From positions 1,888,001 to 1,952,000 of the forward strand of contig OZ252243.1 of assembly GCA_965249555.1 (NCBI GenBank): a stretch of DNA of 64,000 bases, given 5' to 3'. The position numbers and the translations under genes are program-made. Below the pieces are notes generated by a model that was not told the origin of the DNA, searched no databases, and saw nothing but the letters and a program-made list of their open reading frames with translations. Below are positions 30,431-41,412 of this stretch, in pieces; within the stretch, counting starts at the first letter, position 1, and every line of letters begins with the position of its first letter. This stretch comes from Nitrosopumilus sp. (GTDB taxonomy: Archaea; Thermoproteota; Nitrososphaeria; Nitrososphaerales; Nitrosopumilaceae).

Positions 30431-31237
30431 ATGGCTAAAAGATACAACTCCCCAATTACTTATCGATTAAAGGAAATTCCCATTAAATACATCAAAATAT
30501 GGAAGGATGCCCAGGCAAGAAAACTAGACAGGGAAGGAATCGCAGAACTTGCCCGTTCCATCAAAAATGAGGGATTGCAGAATCCGCCAATGGTCCAAAA
30601 GGAATCAAAAAACTCGTATTTGTTACTGTCTGGACAGAGAAGGCTTGCTGCCCTGAAAAGGTTGGGTGCAAAGAAGATACCAGTGTTATTGCTTACACAT
30701 AGTACGAAATATGACTTGGAGGATGCAAAGGCAGCATCAGTGGTTGAGAACCTGCATCGAAACAAAATGAACACAAAGGACATGACGGCAGCATGTGTAT
30801 TTTTGACAGAATCAGTTGGAAAAAATAAAGCTGCAAAATCACTAGGAATATCATCACAAACTCTCAAGAAATACCTTGGATTTGCAGCGGTTCCAGATAG
30901 ATTGAGGCAGTTTGTACCAAAGGAGCTGTCTCGTGATGATTGTGTGAAATTATATCAGGTCATCCCAAATCTATCAAAGGCTGTATCTGTTGCAGAGAAG
31001 ATCATTCCACTGGACCAGAAACTACGAAGAGAGTATCTCAAGGTTTTGAGTCGTAGTCCAAAATCATCGCATCTCAAGTTGCTCAAGAAAGCAAAGAGTG
31101 GATTACTCCAACAGAGAGTTGTTATTTTGTTGAACAAGGGCAATGCCCGGAAACTGCGTAGTTTGGCTGTGAGAAAAGATATGGATGTTGTAGAGATGGC
31201 AGATGATATACTTTCTGATTATCTGAAAAGAAAGTAA
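30431..31237 (+). CDS. ParB/Srx-domain protein
   Basis: ELARSIKNEGLQNP, LLSGQRRLAA, VVENLHR, HTH. Confidence 0.9.
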   Translation: MAKRYNSPITYRLKEIPIKYIKIWKDAQARKLDREGIAELARSIKNEGLQNPPMVQKESKNSYLLLSGQRRLAALKRLGAKKIPVLLLTHSTKYDLEDAKAASVVENLHRNKMNTKDMTAACVFLTESVGKNKAAKSLGISSQTLKKYLGFAAVPDRLRQFVPKELSRDDCVKLYQVIPNLSKAVSVAEKIIPLDQKLRREYLKVLSRSPKSSHLKLLKKAKSGLLQQRVVILLNKGNARKLRSLAVRKDMDVVEMADDILSDYLKRK

Positions 31238-31313
31238 ATCTGGGAACAAATCATAATAATCCTGTAAAATCAAATCATTGAAAACCATGTACTAAACATA
31301 AATTTAGTCATTT

Positions 31314-32426
31314 GTGAGAATTTGTATGATTTCAGGTTTTGCAACTTTTGAGGGAACTACAAAATTTGCTCAGAATTCAGGCATAAATCAAACTAATTTC
31401 AAAAAGTTTGAAAATCTCACTCTTTCCAATGTCGGTATTGGAACATATCTTGGTGATCCAGATTCTAGAACCGATGAATTAGTTACTAGTGCTGTAAAAC
31501 AATCCATTACTTCTGGAATCAATGTTATTGATACTGCAATAAACTATCGTTCTCAAAAGGCTGAGCGTTCAGTTGGAAAAGCTATTTCTGAATTAATCCA
31601 AGAAGAAAAAATTTCACGTGATCAGATATTCCTTAGTACTAAAAATGGGTATGTGACAAATGACGCAGATGTTCAGCTAGGTTTTTGGGAATATGTCAAA
31701 GAAGAATATGCTCAAAAAGGTGTCATCAACGAGGGTGATATTACATCTGGGTATCATTGTATGACTCCAACTTATCTTTCTGATCAGCTAGATCGTAGTT
31801 TAAAAAATTTAGATTTAGAATGTGTTGATTTGATGTATTTACACAATGCAGTTGAAGGTCAAATCAAAGATGTTTCAAAAGAGCAATTCTTAGAGAATTT
31901 GAAATCTGTCTTTGAATTATATGAACAAAAACGTGATGAGGGAAAAATCAAATTCTATGGAATGGCAACTTGGGAATGTTTCAGAGTTTCACATGATAAT
32001 CCCCAATATTTGTCACTTGAAGATTCTGTTAACATGGCAAAAAAAATTGGAGGAGAAAATCATGGATTCAAATTCATTCAATTGCCATTTAACATGCATT
32101 ATGATCAAGCATTACTTGGAAAAAATCAATTACTTGGAACTGAAAACGTGTCTGTTTTAGAAGCAGCTGTAAAATTGGGAATAGGTGTTTTTACTAGCGT
32201 GCCATTTATGCAAGGACGTTTGTTGGCACCAGGTGCAATGCCTGAATTCAATGAGCTAAAACCATCTTCACGTGCTTTACAATTTATTCGCTCATCACCT
32301 GGAGTTTTAGCTCCATTAGTTGGTCAGAAATCATCTGAGCATGTTTCTGAAAATCTTGAGATAATGAAAATTCCACCCATGCCTGAAGATGAATTTTTAA
32401 CACTAGTCAAGAAGCTTACTTCTTAA
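31314..32426 (+). CDS. Aldo/keto reductase
   Basis: GIGTY, IDTAINY, STKNG, DLMYLHN, IQLPFN. Confidence 0.92.
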   Translation: MRICMISGFATFEGTTKFAQNSGINQTNFKKFENLTLSNVGIGTYLGDPDSRTDELVTSAVKQSITSGINVIDTAINYRSQKAERSVGKAISELIQEEKISRDQIFLSTKNGYVTNDADVQLGFWEYVKEEYAQKGVINEGDITSGYHCMTPTYLSDQLDRSLKNLDLECVDLMYLHNAVEGQIKDVSKEQFLENLKSVFELYEQKRDEGKIKFYGMATWECFRVSHDNPQYLSLEDSVNMAKKIGGENHGFKFIQLPFNMHYDQALLGKNQLLGTENVSVLEAAVKLGIGVFTSVPFMQGRLLAPGAMPEFNELKPSSRALQFIRSSPGVLAPLVGQKSSEHVSENLEIMKIPPMPEDEFLTLVKKLTS

Positions 32427-32494
32427 CCTGATCTCCATGTTTGAAATTTTGAAGAAAGATATTAAATGAGTCCCCCTTAGGAAAAAAGAGTAAT

Positions 32495-32863
32495 TTGTCC
32501 GCCAAGATTTATGATTATACGAAAATCTGTAATTCCATCTTATCTATTGATCCAAAAATTCGATTTGTAGGGGTGATTAATGAACGAGGTCGATTAGTTG
32601 CAGGTGGAATGAAAGATAATGTTGAACCTCTGGAAAGTGAAAAAGATGATGAAATGATTTTCATGGAACTTGCATTACGTGTTAAAATGAGAAAAGAGTT
32701 TGATAAACAACTTGGCCCTGTAAATTTTGCTATGGCTTCTCGTGAACGCGCTCTTGCAATTAGTGCAATAATTAATGATGATATTTTGTATGTAGTATCT
32801 GAGCCTGATACTGATTACGGTTCTCTCCCAAAAAAAATTCTTGAAATCATTCACTCTAAATAA
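32495..32863 (+). CDS. DUF6659-type protein
   Basis: IDPKIRFVGVI…MRKEFDKQLG. Confidence 0.8.
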   Translation: MSAKIYDYTKICNSILSIDPKIRFVGVINERGRLVAGGMKDNVEPLESEKDDEMIFMELALRVKMRKEFDKQLGPVNFAMASRERALAISAIINDDILYVVSEPDTDYGSLPKKILEIIHSK

Positions 32864-33116
32864 ATTCTGTTTCCACTTTTGGGACTTTATGATCTTCTTA
32901 ATTAATAATAGCGATCGACGATTATTGACATGTATTGGAATAAGAAATTAGATGGTGATTATTTAGCCATGGTGGAACTAGAGAAATTGGCTCTTTAGTT
33001 GAAAAATCTGTTAACTGTGGCAATACAGAACTTGCGCCTTCAGATATAGAACATATTTTAAAAATGACATCTGATGTTACACTTCGAGTAAAATCCAAGT
33101 CTCCCGAATTAACTGT

Positions 33117-33371
33117 ATGAATTATTGTCATGATAGACATACTCCAATATACAAAATAAAATACAAACCAACTATCTTTAGAGGTGTTTCTTCTGAATGG
33201 GCTGTCTGTGAAAAATGTTTTGGAAAACCAGAATTTTTTGGGTCGATAAATGAAATTGAATCAATTATTTCTGTACACAATTCACAAGAGATTCGATTCC
33301 AAATTGAACATATGGCAATTATGACCAAAACAATTACTGAAAAAATCAAAAAAACTCTTGGAATAAAATAA
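33117..33371 (+). CDS. Hypothetical protein
   Basis: 84-aa ORF with CEKC. Confidence 0.55.
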   Translation: MNYCHDRHTPIYKIKYKPTIFRGVSSEWAVCEKCFGKPEFFGSINEIESIISVHNSQEIRFQIEHMAIMTKTITEKIKKTLGIK

Positions 33372-33425
33372 TACTAGAATCCAACCTACCTGAATCTATA
33401 AATATAATTCATATGAGAAAAATTT

Positions 33426-33572
33426 ATGCCAGTAGATCCTGTTTGTGGAATTGAACTTGATGAATCTTTAGCATTACTTCATGACCATAATGGACAAAAA
33501 TTCTATTTTTGCTGTAATGGATGCAGACGAATTTTTATCAAAAAACCTCGTAAATATAAAAATAATGTTTAG
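33426..33572 (+). CDS. YHS/TRASH-domain protein
   Basis: Manual translation MPVDPVCG…FYFCCNGCRRIF..KP.KY. Confidence 0.88.
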   Translation: MPVDPVCGIELDESLALLHDHNGQKFYFCCNGCRRIFIKKPRKYKNNV

Positions 33573-34519
33573 ATGGGAAAAGCTCCACACATTCTACAAA
33601 ATTTTGAATTTTTAACTTCATGTTTACAATAGGGGCAAGTATTTTTTGCATGGTTATCCACAGGTGATCCAAATAATTTCTTAAAAATTTCATAGTAATA
33701 CATTGATTCGCTACTTCTGATAACTACCCCATCTTCTTTTTCAGTGATTAGTTTTTTTTCAACGAATTTTTCTTCCTTGATTACTGAATTAAACAAATTT
33801 GTAAGTCCGGCAGTTCCTGATCCATCTTGCATTGCTGATTTTTCTCTCCATGCAATCTGTTGTGGGATATATTTTTCAAATGTCTTACGTAGAATCCATT
33901 TACCATGCCTTTTTCCTTTCTCATTTTTTACTTTCAAATTGGTTGGAATTTCTTTAGCTAGTTTTACAACTGCATCATTTAGAAAAGGTGACTCGATGGT
34001 TACTCCCAATGCTTTCCCAATTTTTTGTGTCGGGAAATGCATTATCGAGCAAATTCTTTTGATCTCTTTTTCTAATTCGTCTTCTGGTTTGTTTATTAAA
34101 AAACTATATCCTGCAAATAACTCATCAGATCCATCTCCTGTGATGATGGACTTTTCACCATTTACTTTTGCCCATTTTATTGCTAGATACATCACAACAT
34201 TATTGCGAATCTCAATATCGTTGAAGTTCTTTAAAATCTTAATCGTATCTTCAATTGCCTCAAGAATTGTTGTGGTCTTAACGTTGTAAATTGATAAAGG
34301 CAGTTGCATTTCTTTTGAAACCATTTGACAATAAGTCAGATCTGTTGAAACAAAATCTTCAGTAATTACTGCAACCGTCTTTGGTTTTCTTTGTTTTAGA
34401 AAATATGCGATGATTGAACTATCTAATCCCCCAGATAATGAAATCAAATTTGATTTACAGGCATTGCACGATTCTTCTAAAATTCTATAAAGATTTTTGG
34501 AGACTGGGTCCAATATCAA
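33569..34519 (-). CDS. Asparagine synthase C-terminal-domain protein
   Basis: SLSGGLDSS, GDGSDELFAGY, KWILRK. Confidence 0.88.
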   Translation of the reverse strand: MILDPVSKNLYRILEESCNACKSNLISLSGGLDSSIIAYFLKQRKPKTVAVITEDFVSTDLTYCQMVSKEMQLPLSIYNVKTTTILEAIEDTIKILKNFNDIEIRNNVVMYLAIKWAKVNGEKSIITGDGSDELFAGYSFLINKPEDELEKEIKRICSIMHFPTQKIGKALGVTIESPFLNDAVVKLAKEIPTNLKVKNEKGKRHGKWILRKTFEKYIPQQIAWREKSAMQDGSGTAGLTNLFNSVIKEEKFVEKKLITEKEDGVVIRSSESMYYYEIFKKLFGSPVDNHAKNTCPYCKHEVKNSKFCRMCGAFPI

Positions 34520-34623
34520 ACGTATAGTTTTGAAATTAAAATAGCTATGCCTAATGATTCTTTTGTGACTAATTCAGCTTATCATTGTAAACTTTAAATT
34601 CTTTATAGCGTGATTGAGAATTA

Positions 34624-35040
34624 ATGCTACTCCCTGCTGAAATTGAATCTAAAACTCTAATTCCTGCATTACGAGCAATTCTTGCAAAAAAACTTGCTGA
34701 AGATCATAACATTAGAGAAGATGAAATTTCTAAAATGCTTGGAGTCACTCAAGCCGCAATTAGTAATTACATTCGTGGAACAAGAGGTGATCCTTCTTTG
34801 ATTGCAAAACTTTTAGCAGAAAAACAAGTTGCAATTATGATCAATGAACTAAGTGATAGCCTTTCATCAGATATGGCTTATACTCCATCCAATCTTTCAA
34901 AATTTATTGGTCTTTGCAATTATATCAAATCTAGTTTGTTGATATGTGAGATACATCATAATCTAGAATCAAACATAGATGAACAAGTATGCAAAGAATG
35001 TGAAAATATGCTTCTTAAAGGTCCTGGAAGCGTTTACTAA
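34624..35040 (+). CDS. HTH transcriptional regulator
   Basis: ISKMLGVTQAAISNY.RG.RG. Confidence 0.88.
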   Translation: MLLPAEIESKTLIPALRAILAKKLAEDHNIREDEISKMLGVTQAAISNYIRGTRGDPSLIAKLLAEKQVAIMINELSDSLSSDMAYTPSNLSKFIGLCNYIKSSLLICEIHHNLESNIDEQVCKECENMLLKGPGSVY

Positions 35041-35351
35041 ATTTTATTTAAAATAATTTTGATAGTCGATGTCATCCTGCCAATACCTGCAGCTGCCACT
35101 GTATCGAGGGTGATTTTTTGAACTTTGGAATTTCCTTTTAGCATTTTTTCTGTAATGATATTTGCAACTGCCACTGCATTTGGAATTGAATTTCCATTTG
35201 CTTTAAGAATAACTTGATTTTTGCTTCCCAGTATAGATAAAACATCAATGGTTGATTGCATTACAGGGTCATTTCCAATAGTTATTATGGTTTCCTCAGA
35301 CTTGTTGGTCTGCTCTTGACCATATGGTTCATTTGTCTCTTCCATGAGCAT
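35037..35351 (-). CDS. Alba-family DNA/RNA-binding protein
   Basis: IGNDPVM…LKANGNSIPNAVAVA…STIKIIL. Confidence 0.8.
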   Translation of the reverse strand: MLMEETNEPYGQEQTNKSEETIITIGNDPVMQSTIDVLSILGSKNQVILKANGNSIPNAVAVANIITEKMLKGNSKVQKITLDTVAAAGIGRMTSTIKIILNKI

Positions 35352-35402
35352 TATTCAACAACCAGCAATTTTTTGTTCTTTTAAGTTTTATCGATCAATG
35401 AT

Positions 35403-35891
35403 TCATTTTTCAAAGTAATCAATTGGAATGTTCTGATAATCTCCATTTGGAAGCACTCTTCTGATTGTGATTGGAATCACTCTTTGTTCAAGTTCTTCCA
35501 TTGAAATATCCAATGAAATCCTTGCGGTTTTTGGAATTGAAATGAATGGCGGTGCTCCTAAAGACAACTGCAATGCTCTTGCCCCCATAATTCTGGCCTT
35601 TTCAAATCTTGTTAATGTTGGTGGCCCAATTGTGATTTTATTTTTTTCACAAGGAATCTCCACTGGATCATGTTCTACTACCTTTTCGACAACTTCTCTT
35701 CCTTCGATTGTGTCTATTCTTTTTTGAAGATTTTCTTGTTCTTTTTCAGTTAATGGGTCTGCACCTTTTTTCTCAAATAATTTACGATAAGTATCTAGTG
35801 CCTTTGTCAGTCCTGCATTTTCTTCTGTCTCTTCATTAACAACTTCGGTTTCTGGAGATTCTAACAATTTAGTTTCTTCAGCATTAGGCAA
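35403..35891 (-). CDS. rpoK: RNA polymerase subunit Rpo6/K with N-terminal extension (TTG start inferred)
   Basis: LTRFEKARIMGARALQLS.GAP, IPITIRR.LP. Confidence 0.93.
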   Translation of the reverse strand: MPNAEETKLLESPETEVVNEETEENAGLTKALDTYRKLFEKKGADPLTEKEQENLQKRIDTIEGREVVEKVVEHDPVEIPCEKNKITIGPPTLTRFEKARIMGARALQLSLGAPPFISIPKTARISLDISMEELEQRVIPITIRRVLPNGDYQNIPIDYFEK

Positions 35892-35943
35892 GTAACAAAA
35901 TTTTCTTAAAACGTTATATATTCTAATCATTTTAAAGTACGAA

Positions 35944-36330
35944 TTGGGCACATCTTCAGTCTCACGAAAACAATTAATTTTGGAAATTCGAGGAAAGGCA
36001 AAGATTTCATGTGATCTTAAACGTCATTTGTCTCCTCGAACTGTTGGAACTATAATGAGATCTTTGCCATTAGAGGGACATGCTCATCTCTTAGGAAAAA
36101 GTATTTTGTATTTTGAAACTACAGTTGATTCTGGAATTGAGAGAGCACGATCTGAATTCAAGAAAGGCGATGTTGCATTTTTACCATCATCTGGAAGCAT
36201 CTGTTTTTTTACCAATAATGTAACATCTGGTAAAACTATGACGCCTATAGGAAAATTAAGTGGTAACATTGATGCATTAGATGATGTTAAATCTGGAGAT
36301 GTATTTCATATCTATGAAGAAACTACCTGA
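35944..36330 (+). CDS. Cyclophilin-like fold protein
   Basis: SPRTV…SLP…GDVAF….SICFF. Confidence 0.8.
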   Translation: MGTSSVSRKQLILEIRGKAKISCDLKRHLSPRTVGTIMRSLPLEGHAHLLGKSILYFETTVDSGIERARSEFKKGDVAFLPSSGSICFFTNNVTSGKTMTPIGKLSGNIDALDDVKSGDVFHIYEETT

Positions 36331-36623
36331 TACAAATGATGTCCTGAATATCCACCAACACATTTTACAATTCCTTTATTGGCAGATTCTTTTAGAAATG
36401 CATTTGCTGCAGAAATTTTGACTCCTGTCTGTCTTGCAAGATCTTGAACTGTGACTACTTTGGAGTTTTGAATAATTTTCATTGCTTGCTGTTCATTTAC
36501 CATAACTGTGATCTCTGCTTTTCTTGGACCTCCTTCACCTTTGTCTTTCCTTCCTTTTTTTGAGTCCTTTGTATTTGATGACTTGTCTTTCTTTGCTGTA
36601 GTTGGTTTTTTTGCTCCGCCCAT
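36312..36623 (-). CDS. rps25e: 30S ribosomal protein S25e
   Basis: MGGAKKP…wHTH VTVQDLARQTGVKISAA. Confidence 0.85.
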   Translation of the reverse strand: MGGAKKPTTAKKDKSSNTKDSKKGRKDKGEGGPRKAEITVMVNEQQAMKIIQNSKVVTVQDLARQTGVKISAANAFLKESANKGIVKCVGGYSGHHLYQVVSS

Positions 36624-36746
36624 AGTTTGAGAAAAAAATATTCCTCTTATAAACGATGAACCATCCTTTTGAGTTACCATTTTATCAAAAATTCAAAAAA
36701 TTCTAATTATTTTCAAATATAAATAACATCTCAGTCATTTGATTAT

Positions 36747-36959
36747 ATGGGAATTATATCAAAAGGTGCAAAATGCAATGTTGATGGATGTGACAAAGAT
36801 GGCACTCGTTCTCTAAATACAGCTAAAGTTGAACGTGCCGGACTTCGAGTAAATTCCACAGGCAAAAAAACAGTTCTTTGCAAAGAACACTACAAAGAAT
36901 GGAAAAAAGAATCTAAAGATGATAGAGATCTTGAACGTGCCCGTTATGACAAGTTTTAG
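36747..36959 (+). CDS. Small Zn-binding conserved archaeal protein
   Basis: CNVDGC…LCKEHYKEWKK. Confidence 0.8.
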   Translation: MGIISKGAKCNVDGCDKDGTRSLNTAKVERAGLRVNSTGKKTVLCKEHYKEWKKESKDDRDLERARYDKF

Positions 36960-38044
36960 TTTTTTGATCTCTTTATGTTAACTGCTGGATTATTGAAATA
37001 GTCGCTACTCAATTTATCATACATCTTGCCTAATTTCTTGTAAAGTCGTTTGGGTTTTCTTGCTTTCTGATTACTTAGAACATATAATGCAAGAATTGGA
37101 AATGCAATTGTCGAATCAGTATAAACTGTTATCAGTCCCTGATCTGAATGTCGAACTTTGCCCCAACTTTTTCCTTCTTGCAGTGTTGCACCAGATAATC
37201 CTCCTGTGTCTGGTCGTGCATCTGTAATTTGAATAACGTAATCTTGCCCTCCATCATCCCTTCTTAGTATTTGATCTAATAGAGGAGCTGTTTGCTGAGC
37301 CGTGTTCTTTGGTACTCCTCCACCTAGTTCTAAAATTCCTGATTTTTTTGAATTATAAAGAATTGCTGCTTGTTCAATAATCTCTCTAACAAAATCTAGA
37401 CTGAATATCTTATTTTCTAGTCTATGAACTACCAAATTCAATGCTAATGATGAATCCTTTATTGTGGAAATGTATACTGGAACATCATATTCATATGCCG
37501 CTGCAATGAAACTCTTTTCAGGATGTTTTGATTTCTCTTTACTTTTCTTTCCCATCAAATTACAAAATTCTGCAGTTGTAAATGGCTTGTCTTGAAAGTC
37601 TGATTCAAACATTTTCTGAATAACTTGATCTTCTGCTTCCAATGTTTCATAAAACTTGATGTATACATCTCTGATTCTGACAATCTCATTTTCATACAAT
37701 TTTCCATCATCAACAACAGAACTTCCTTGTTTAACAGGTAATCCCCATGCAAAATGATCTTCATGATAGACGTTAGCCCCAGTTGTAATAATCCAATCTA
37801 CGAATCCTCTCTCGATTAATGTTTTAATGATTCCTCCAAATCCAACTGGTGTCATTGCACCAGCTACTGTGAGACAAATTGTTGCATCTTCTTTGATCAT
37901 TTTGGCATAAAGTTTTGCCGCCTCTCCAAGTTTTCTTCCATTATATCCTGAACTTGCAAATACATCAACCAAATCCTCAATAGTCATATTTTCATCTAAT
38001 TTTATGTGAGGAATGTCTTTACCATGAAATTTGTGTGGATCCAC
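36956..38044 (-). CDS. dys: Deoxyhypusine synthase family protein (GTG start inferred)
   Basis: TTGAN.YHE, LGGGVPKN, DTGGLSGATLQEGKSWGK. Confidence 0.92.
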   Translation of the reverse strand: MDPHKFHGKDIPHIKLDENMTIEDLVDVFASSGYNGRKLGEAAKLYAKMIKEDATICLTVAGAMTPVGFGGIIKTLIERGFVDWIITTGANVYHEDHFAWGLPVKQGSSVVDDGKLYENEIVRIRDVYIKFYETLEAEDQVIQKMFESDFQDKPFTTAEFCNLMGKKSKEKSKHPEKSFIAAAYEYDVPVYISTIKDSSLALNLVVHRLENKIFSLDFVREIIEQAAILYNSKKSGILELGGGVPKNTAQQTAPLLDQILRRDDGGQDYVIQITDARPDTGGLSGATLQEGKSWGKVRHSDQGLITVYTDSTIAFPILALYVLSNQKARKPKRLYKKLGKMYDKLSSDYFNNPAVNIKRSKN

Positions 38045-38160
38045 TTTTAAAAAATAACTTTTTGCTATAATTAATACTTGCGCAAGAATTCTTTTACATA
38101 TGATATTCTGAACTTTCAAGCAAACATTACTTATGTATGAATAACATATACTGATACTAA

Positions 38161-38493
38161 ATGACTATCGTTGATTTGCATGATCCACAGCGAGTAAATA
38201 GAACGCCTGATGATGTTGAGGTTTTACTCTCCTCTGGAGATTTTATTCAAGACGGATTTAGAATATCTAAAGTTGAATTACGTCTTTACAATGAAAGATC
38301 TGATGAAAAGTTGGGAGATTATTCATTGATTACCTCTTTTGTTGAGACTGACAAGGGTTCTATTGAAATGATTTATGATGAAGGATTCCGTGGAAAAAAA
38401 CCTCTTTTCAGAGCGGCTGAATTTCTTACTTCTAATTTAGGAATATCTGCACTGATTTTACGCTCAATTATCTCACTACGTGAAAAAACATAA
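38161..38493 (+). CDS. Hypothetical protein
   Basis: 110-aa ORF. Confidence 0.7.
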   Translation: MTIVDLHDPQRVNRTPDDVEVLLSSGDFIQDGFRISKVELRLYNERSDEKLGDYSLITSFVETDKGSIEMIYDEGFRGKKPLFRAAEFLTSNLGISALILRSIISLREKT

Positions 38494-38567
38494 AACATTC
38501 TCATGAATTTCTGTAATTTCAATTACAAACAACTTGTTTTATTACATTTGTTCCTAATATTTCTGAA

Positions 38568-38792
38568 ATGAGTTTAACTTCACAGACCTCAAAGTCTGAT
38601 AACGTATATGATAATGAAATGCACAAATTAAACACTGAACTACAAATCGCATTATTGAAATGGAAACTAAGATCCTTCAAGAAGCCATGCTGTGGAATAT
38701 GCACTAAAAGCACTTGGAAATCAATAACCATGAAAATATCTTATTTTATTGGGTTTTTGGCTATGTGGAAAAACTATATTAAACTAAATTAG
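38568..38792 (+). CDS. Hypothetical protein
   Basis: 74-aa ORF. Confidence 0.4.
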   Translation: MSLTSQTSKSDNVYDNEMHKLNTELQIALLKWKLRSFKKPCCGICTKSTWKSITMKISYFIGFLAMWKNYIKLN

Positions 38793-38804
38793 TTATTTCA
38801 AAAC

Positions 38805-38963
38805 ATGAAAAGAAACTCTGCATTTGGTCATTGGACAGAAGAGGAAACAAACTGGTCAGAAAAAGACACTGCTTTCATAGATGCTACTATAAACAAGAAA
38901 AACAATGGAATTCCTACTAATCTTAAAGAAATAAAAGAGCTTCATGAATCACTATCTTATTAG
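38805..38963 (+). CDS. 52-aa hypothetical protein
   Basis: Manual translation MKRNSAFGHWTEEETNW…. Confidence 0.4.
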   Translation: MKRNSAFGHWTEEETNWSEKDTAFIDATINKKNNGIPTNLKEIKELHESLSY

Positions 38964-38974
38964 ATGGAAATCAT

Positions 38975-39374
38975 GTATGTATCAAGCACTTGGATGTATA
39001 TCATCTCAGAAAACATGTTTGATTCCCTTCTTCCATGTCTCAAAGCATGTGAGACTGAGATCATCCTCATGCCCTGACTACTCATCTGCCCGCGAACATT
39101 CCTCTGCATCACGCACTTTGGAATGGAATTCTCTGCATCATTGTTAGTTGATGGAACATCACCATACATGACAAACGTAAACATGCTGTTCCTTGTAGTC
39201 TTTAGCTTCTTGCCAAACTGAACCATCTCCGTATCACCTTTCAAATATCGTGTAATGATACGGTCTGTTTTAGTAAATTATTCTTGTACCTTTCTCGCTG
39301 TTTTATGCAATGATTATTAGTTGATCTTGGATCTTTTTGTGTAAATTGATTTGTGCGTAAAGGTTGATACATAC
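38975..39374 (-). mobile_element. Internally deleted IS66-like remnant
   Basis: TIRs GTATGTATCAA/TTGATACATAC; DVPSTNNDAENSI resembles the IS66 TnpC C-terminal motif. Confidence 0.75.
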
Positions 39375-39842
39375 TGTAGTTATTGTTTTTAAAGAAATAC
39401 TCGGATTTGTACGTAATTGATGTTCTGATCATTTAAATCATTATGACATAATTTTGTGTATGTCATCAGTTTAAAATTTTAAATATGTATATTTGGTATT
39501 ATAATCAGGTGGGTAAAGTCTCTTGAGCAATCAAGAGGATCTTGACCGAATCAATGATGCCTATTTGGATAGGATGGGAGACAGGTCAAGAGTCACCAAT
39601 TAATCTTATCTAATTTCTTACGATGATTTATTTTATTTGAAATCATATCAAAGTATGTTGAATCTTTATGTGTGATTTTTCTCTGCGTTGAAGGTAAAAA
39701 ATTCTGATGACTTTGGACTAAATCCCACATCTCATGTTTCATCAATGTACACTGAAATACATGTCATAACCTATGACATTTCTCCAAGTTTAAAAATTAA
39801 TTTACATTTTCTTTGTTTATCTGAATCATATATCAACAAATC

Positions 39843-39888
39843 GACTCTTGTCAATCTAGGTGATCTGACATAGTTAATGCTCAAAAGT
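39843..39888 (+). mobile_element. IS6-like left-end remnant
   Basis: 44/46 match to the end at 51754 (reverse complement). Confidence 0.75.
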
Positions 39889-40226
39889 TAAATAAACAAA
39901 TATCTAGACATGGAAGATCAAGTCCATGTGGGATCCGTTTTATTTAACAAGATATTAATTATAATGTATTGAGAAATGAAAGCATGATTAAAGAATTAGA
40001 TGATACTATTTTTGAACCAAATATGCGAGGTTTACATAGCCCATATCTTTATTTTACAGGTTATAACATAAATCAAAATATGCAAAATGACCGTATAAAA
40101 AAAATAGATACATTAATCAATGAAATAGATAACATGTTGAATAATTGAGTGCTTTTAGAAAAGATTATGAGAATAAAATTAACTGAAGATTAAAAAATAC
40201 AACAAATCAAAGGTGAATATTCATAT

Positions 40227-40869
40227 GTGTTAGATATTGGAATTGAAAAAGTATTAGATGCTACTGAAATAGATTATGCTTCTGGCACTGATTATGAAAA
40301 AGATACTCTAAAACAACTCTTAATTCAAGAAGAATTAAAATGGGAAAAAATAGAAGAGTATGATCGTAAAGCAAATCATGATGAAGATTTGAAAACACAA
40401 TCTTTCAGTTTTATACCAAAAGCGCATGCTTCTCACAATAGTTGTTCAACCATGCCGTTTGTAAATATATTCAAACAAGTAACCGTTGATATTAACGGTC
40501 AAGATGGATTTGAAGGTGGAAATCAATTGTATAATGTTGTAAGAACTACAATGTCTGATTGTTCAGTAAAATACACACTATCATTCTTAGATGAGGATCA
40601 TCCAAATTCTTGGGTTTGCTGCATATGATCAAGTAAGATTGCATACATATGACAGAATCACAGATGTGGAAGTATTTTATGTTCAATCTTCAGGAATATT
40701 TTTTGATGATACTTGGAGTGATGGAGACGATTTCTTTGTGTGGTTCGGACCACATGGAACAACAACGAAACCATTTTCTTCCACTGTTTATGTAAGTAAT
40801 GCTTGGAATCATAACTTTGATGTTATAGATGAAAATCCTAGTATGAGTAAATTCACATGGTTGTCCTAA
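40227..40869 (+). pseudogene. Frameshifted, 5'-degraded secreted-type protein
   Basis: Two overlapping ORFs (40227-40628, 40591-40869) joined by a frameshift near 40615. Confidence 0.6.
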
Positions 40870-41138
40870 TCCCTTCTTTTTTTATATATCTTAAAAAATC
40901 TCTGTCTGTAATTCAGATCTTATTTTCTAGTATCATTTTATTTTTTATTATTAATGCTGAAACTTGGTTTTTTGGTCAGAAATTTAGCGGTGTTGAAGCT
41001 TTTTCTATCAATGGAACAATTGGAATTGTAGGCATTATAGTTGGTATTGCACAGTGGAAAAACATTACAAAGTCTGAAATGTTTTTAGTTGGATGGTATG
41101 TTACTGTCTTTTTTTGGTTTGCAGGTAATAGACTATGA
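40857..41138 (+). CDS. Small three-TM membrane protein
   Basis: Hydrophobic; overlaps upstream gene end. Confidence 0.55.
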   Translation: MVVLIPSFFIYLKKSLSVIQILFSSIILFFIINAETWFFGQKFSGVEAFSINGTIGIVGIIVGIAQWKNITKSEMFLVGWYVTVFFWFAGNRL

Positions 41139-41175
41139 GTGATTTGTTAGATAACTGAGGGTTGGGAGAATATCA

Positions 41176-41412
41176 TTACCCTTGTTGTATTTCAACAAAA
41201 CAATCTAGATTTTCATCAAATTTCAAATTAACCATATCTCCACCCATAGAAACAAAATCAGAAACCCACACACAAGGACCAGCCAAATTACCATGAGTTA
41301 TGAAATTAATAATTAATTTTAGATTGATTAGAAAAACAATACACAGTATTACCAATAAAAGTAAACCAAAAATAAAAAAGAGAAGTTTAAAAGTTATCAT
41401 GCCACCAATGAA
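41176..41412 (-). CDS. Small membrane protein downstream of secreted protein (start uncertain)
   Basis: LLFFIFGLLLLVILCIVFLI TM, two Cys in tail. Confidence 0.45.
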   Translation of the reverse strand, partial: FIGGMITFKLLFFIFGLLLLVILCIVFLINLKLIINFITHGNLAGPCVWVSDFVSMGGDMVNLKFDENLDCFVEIQQG

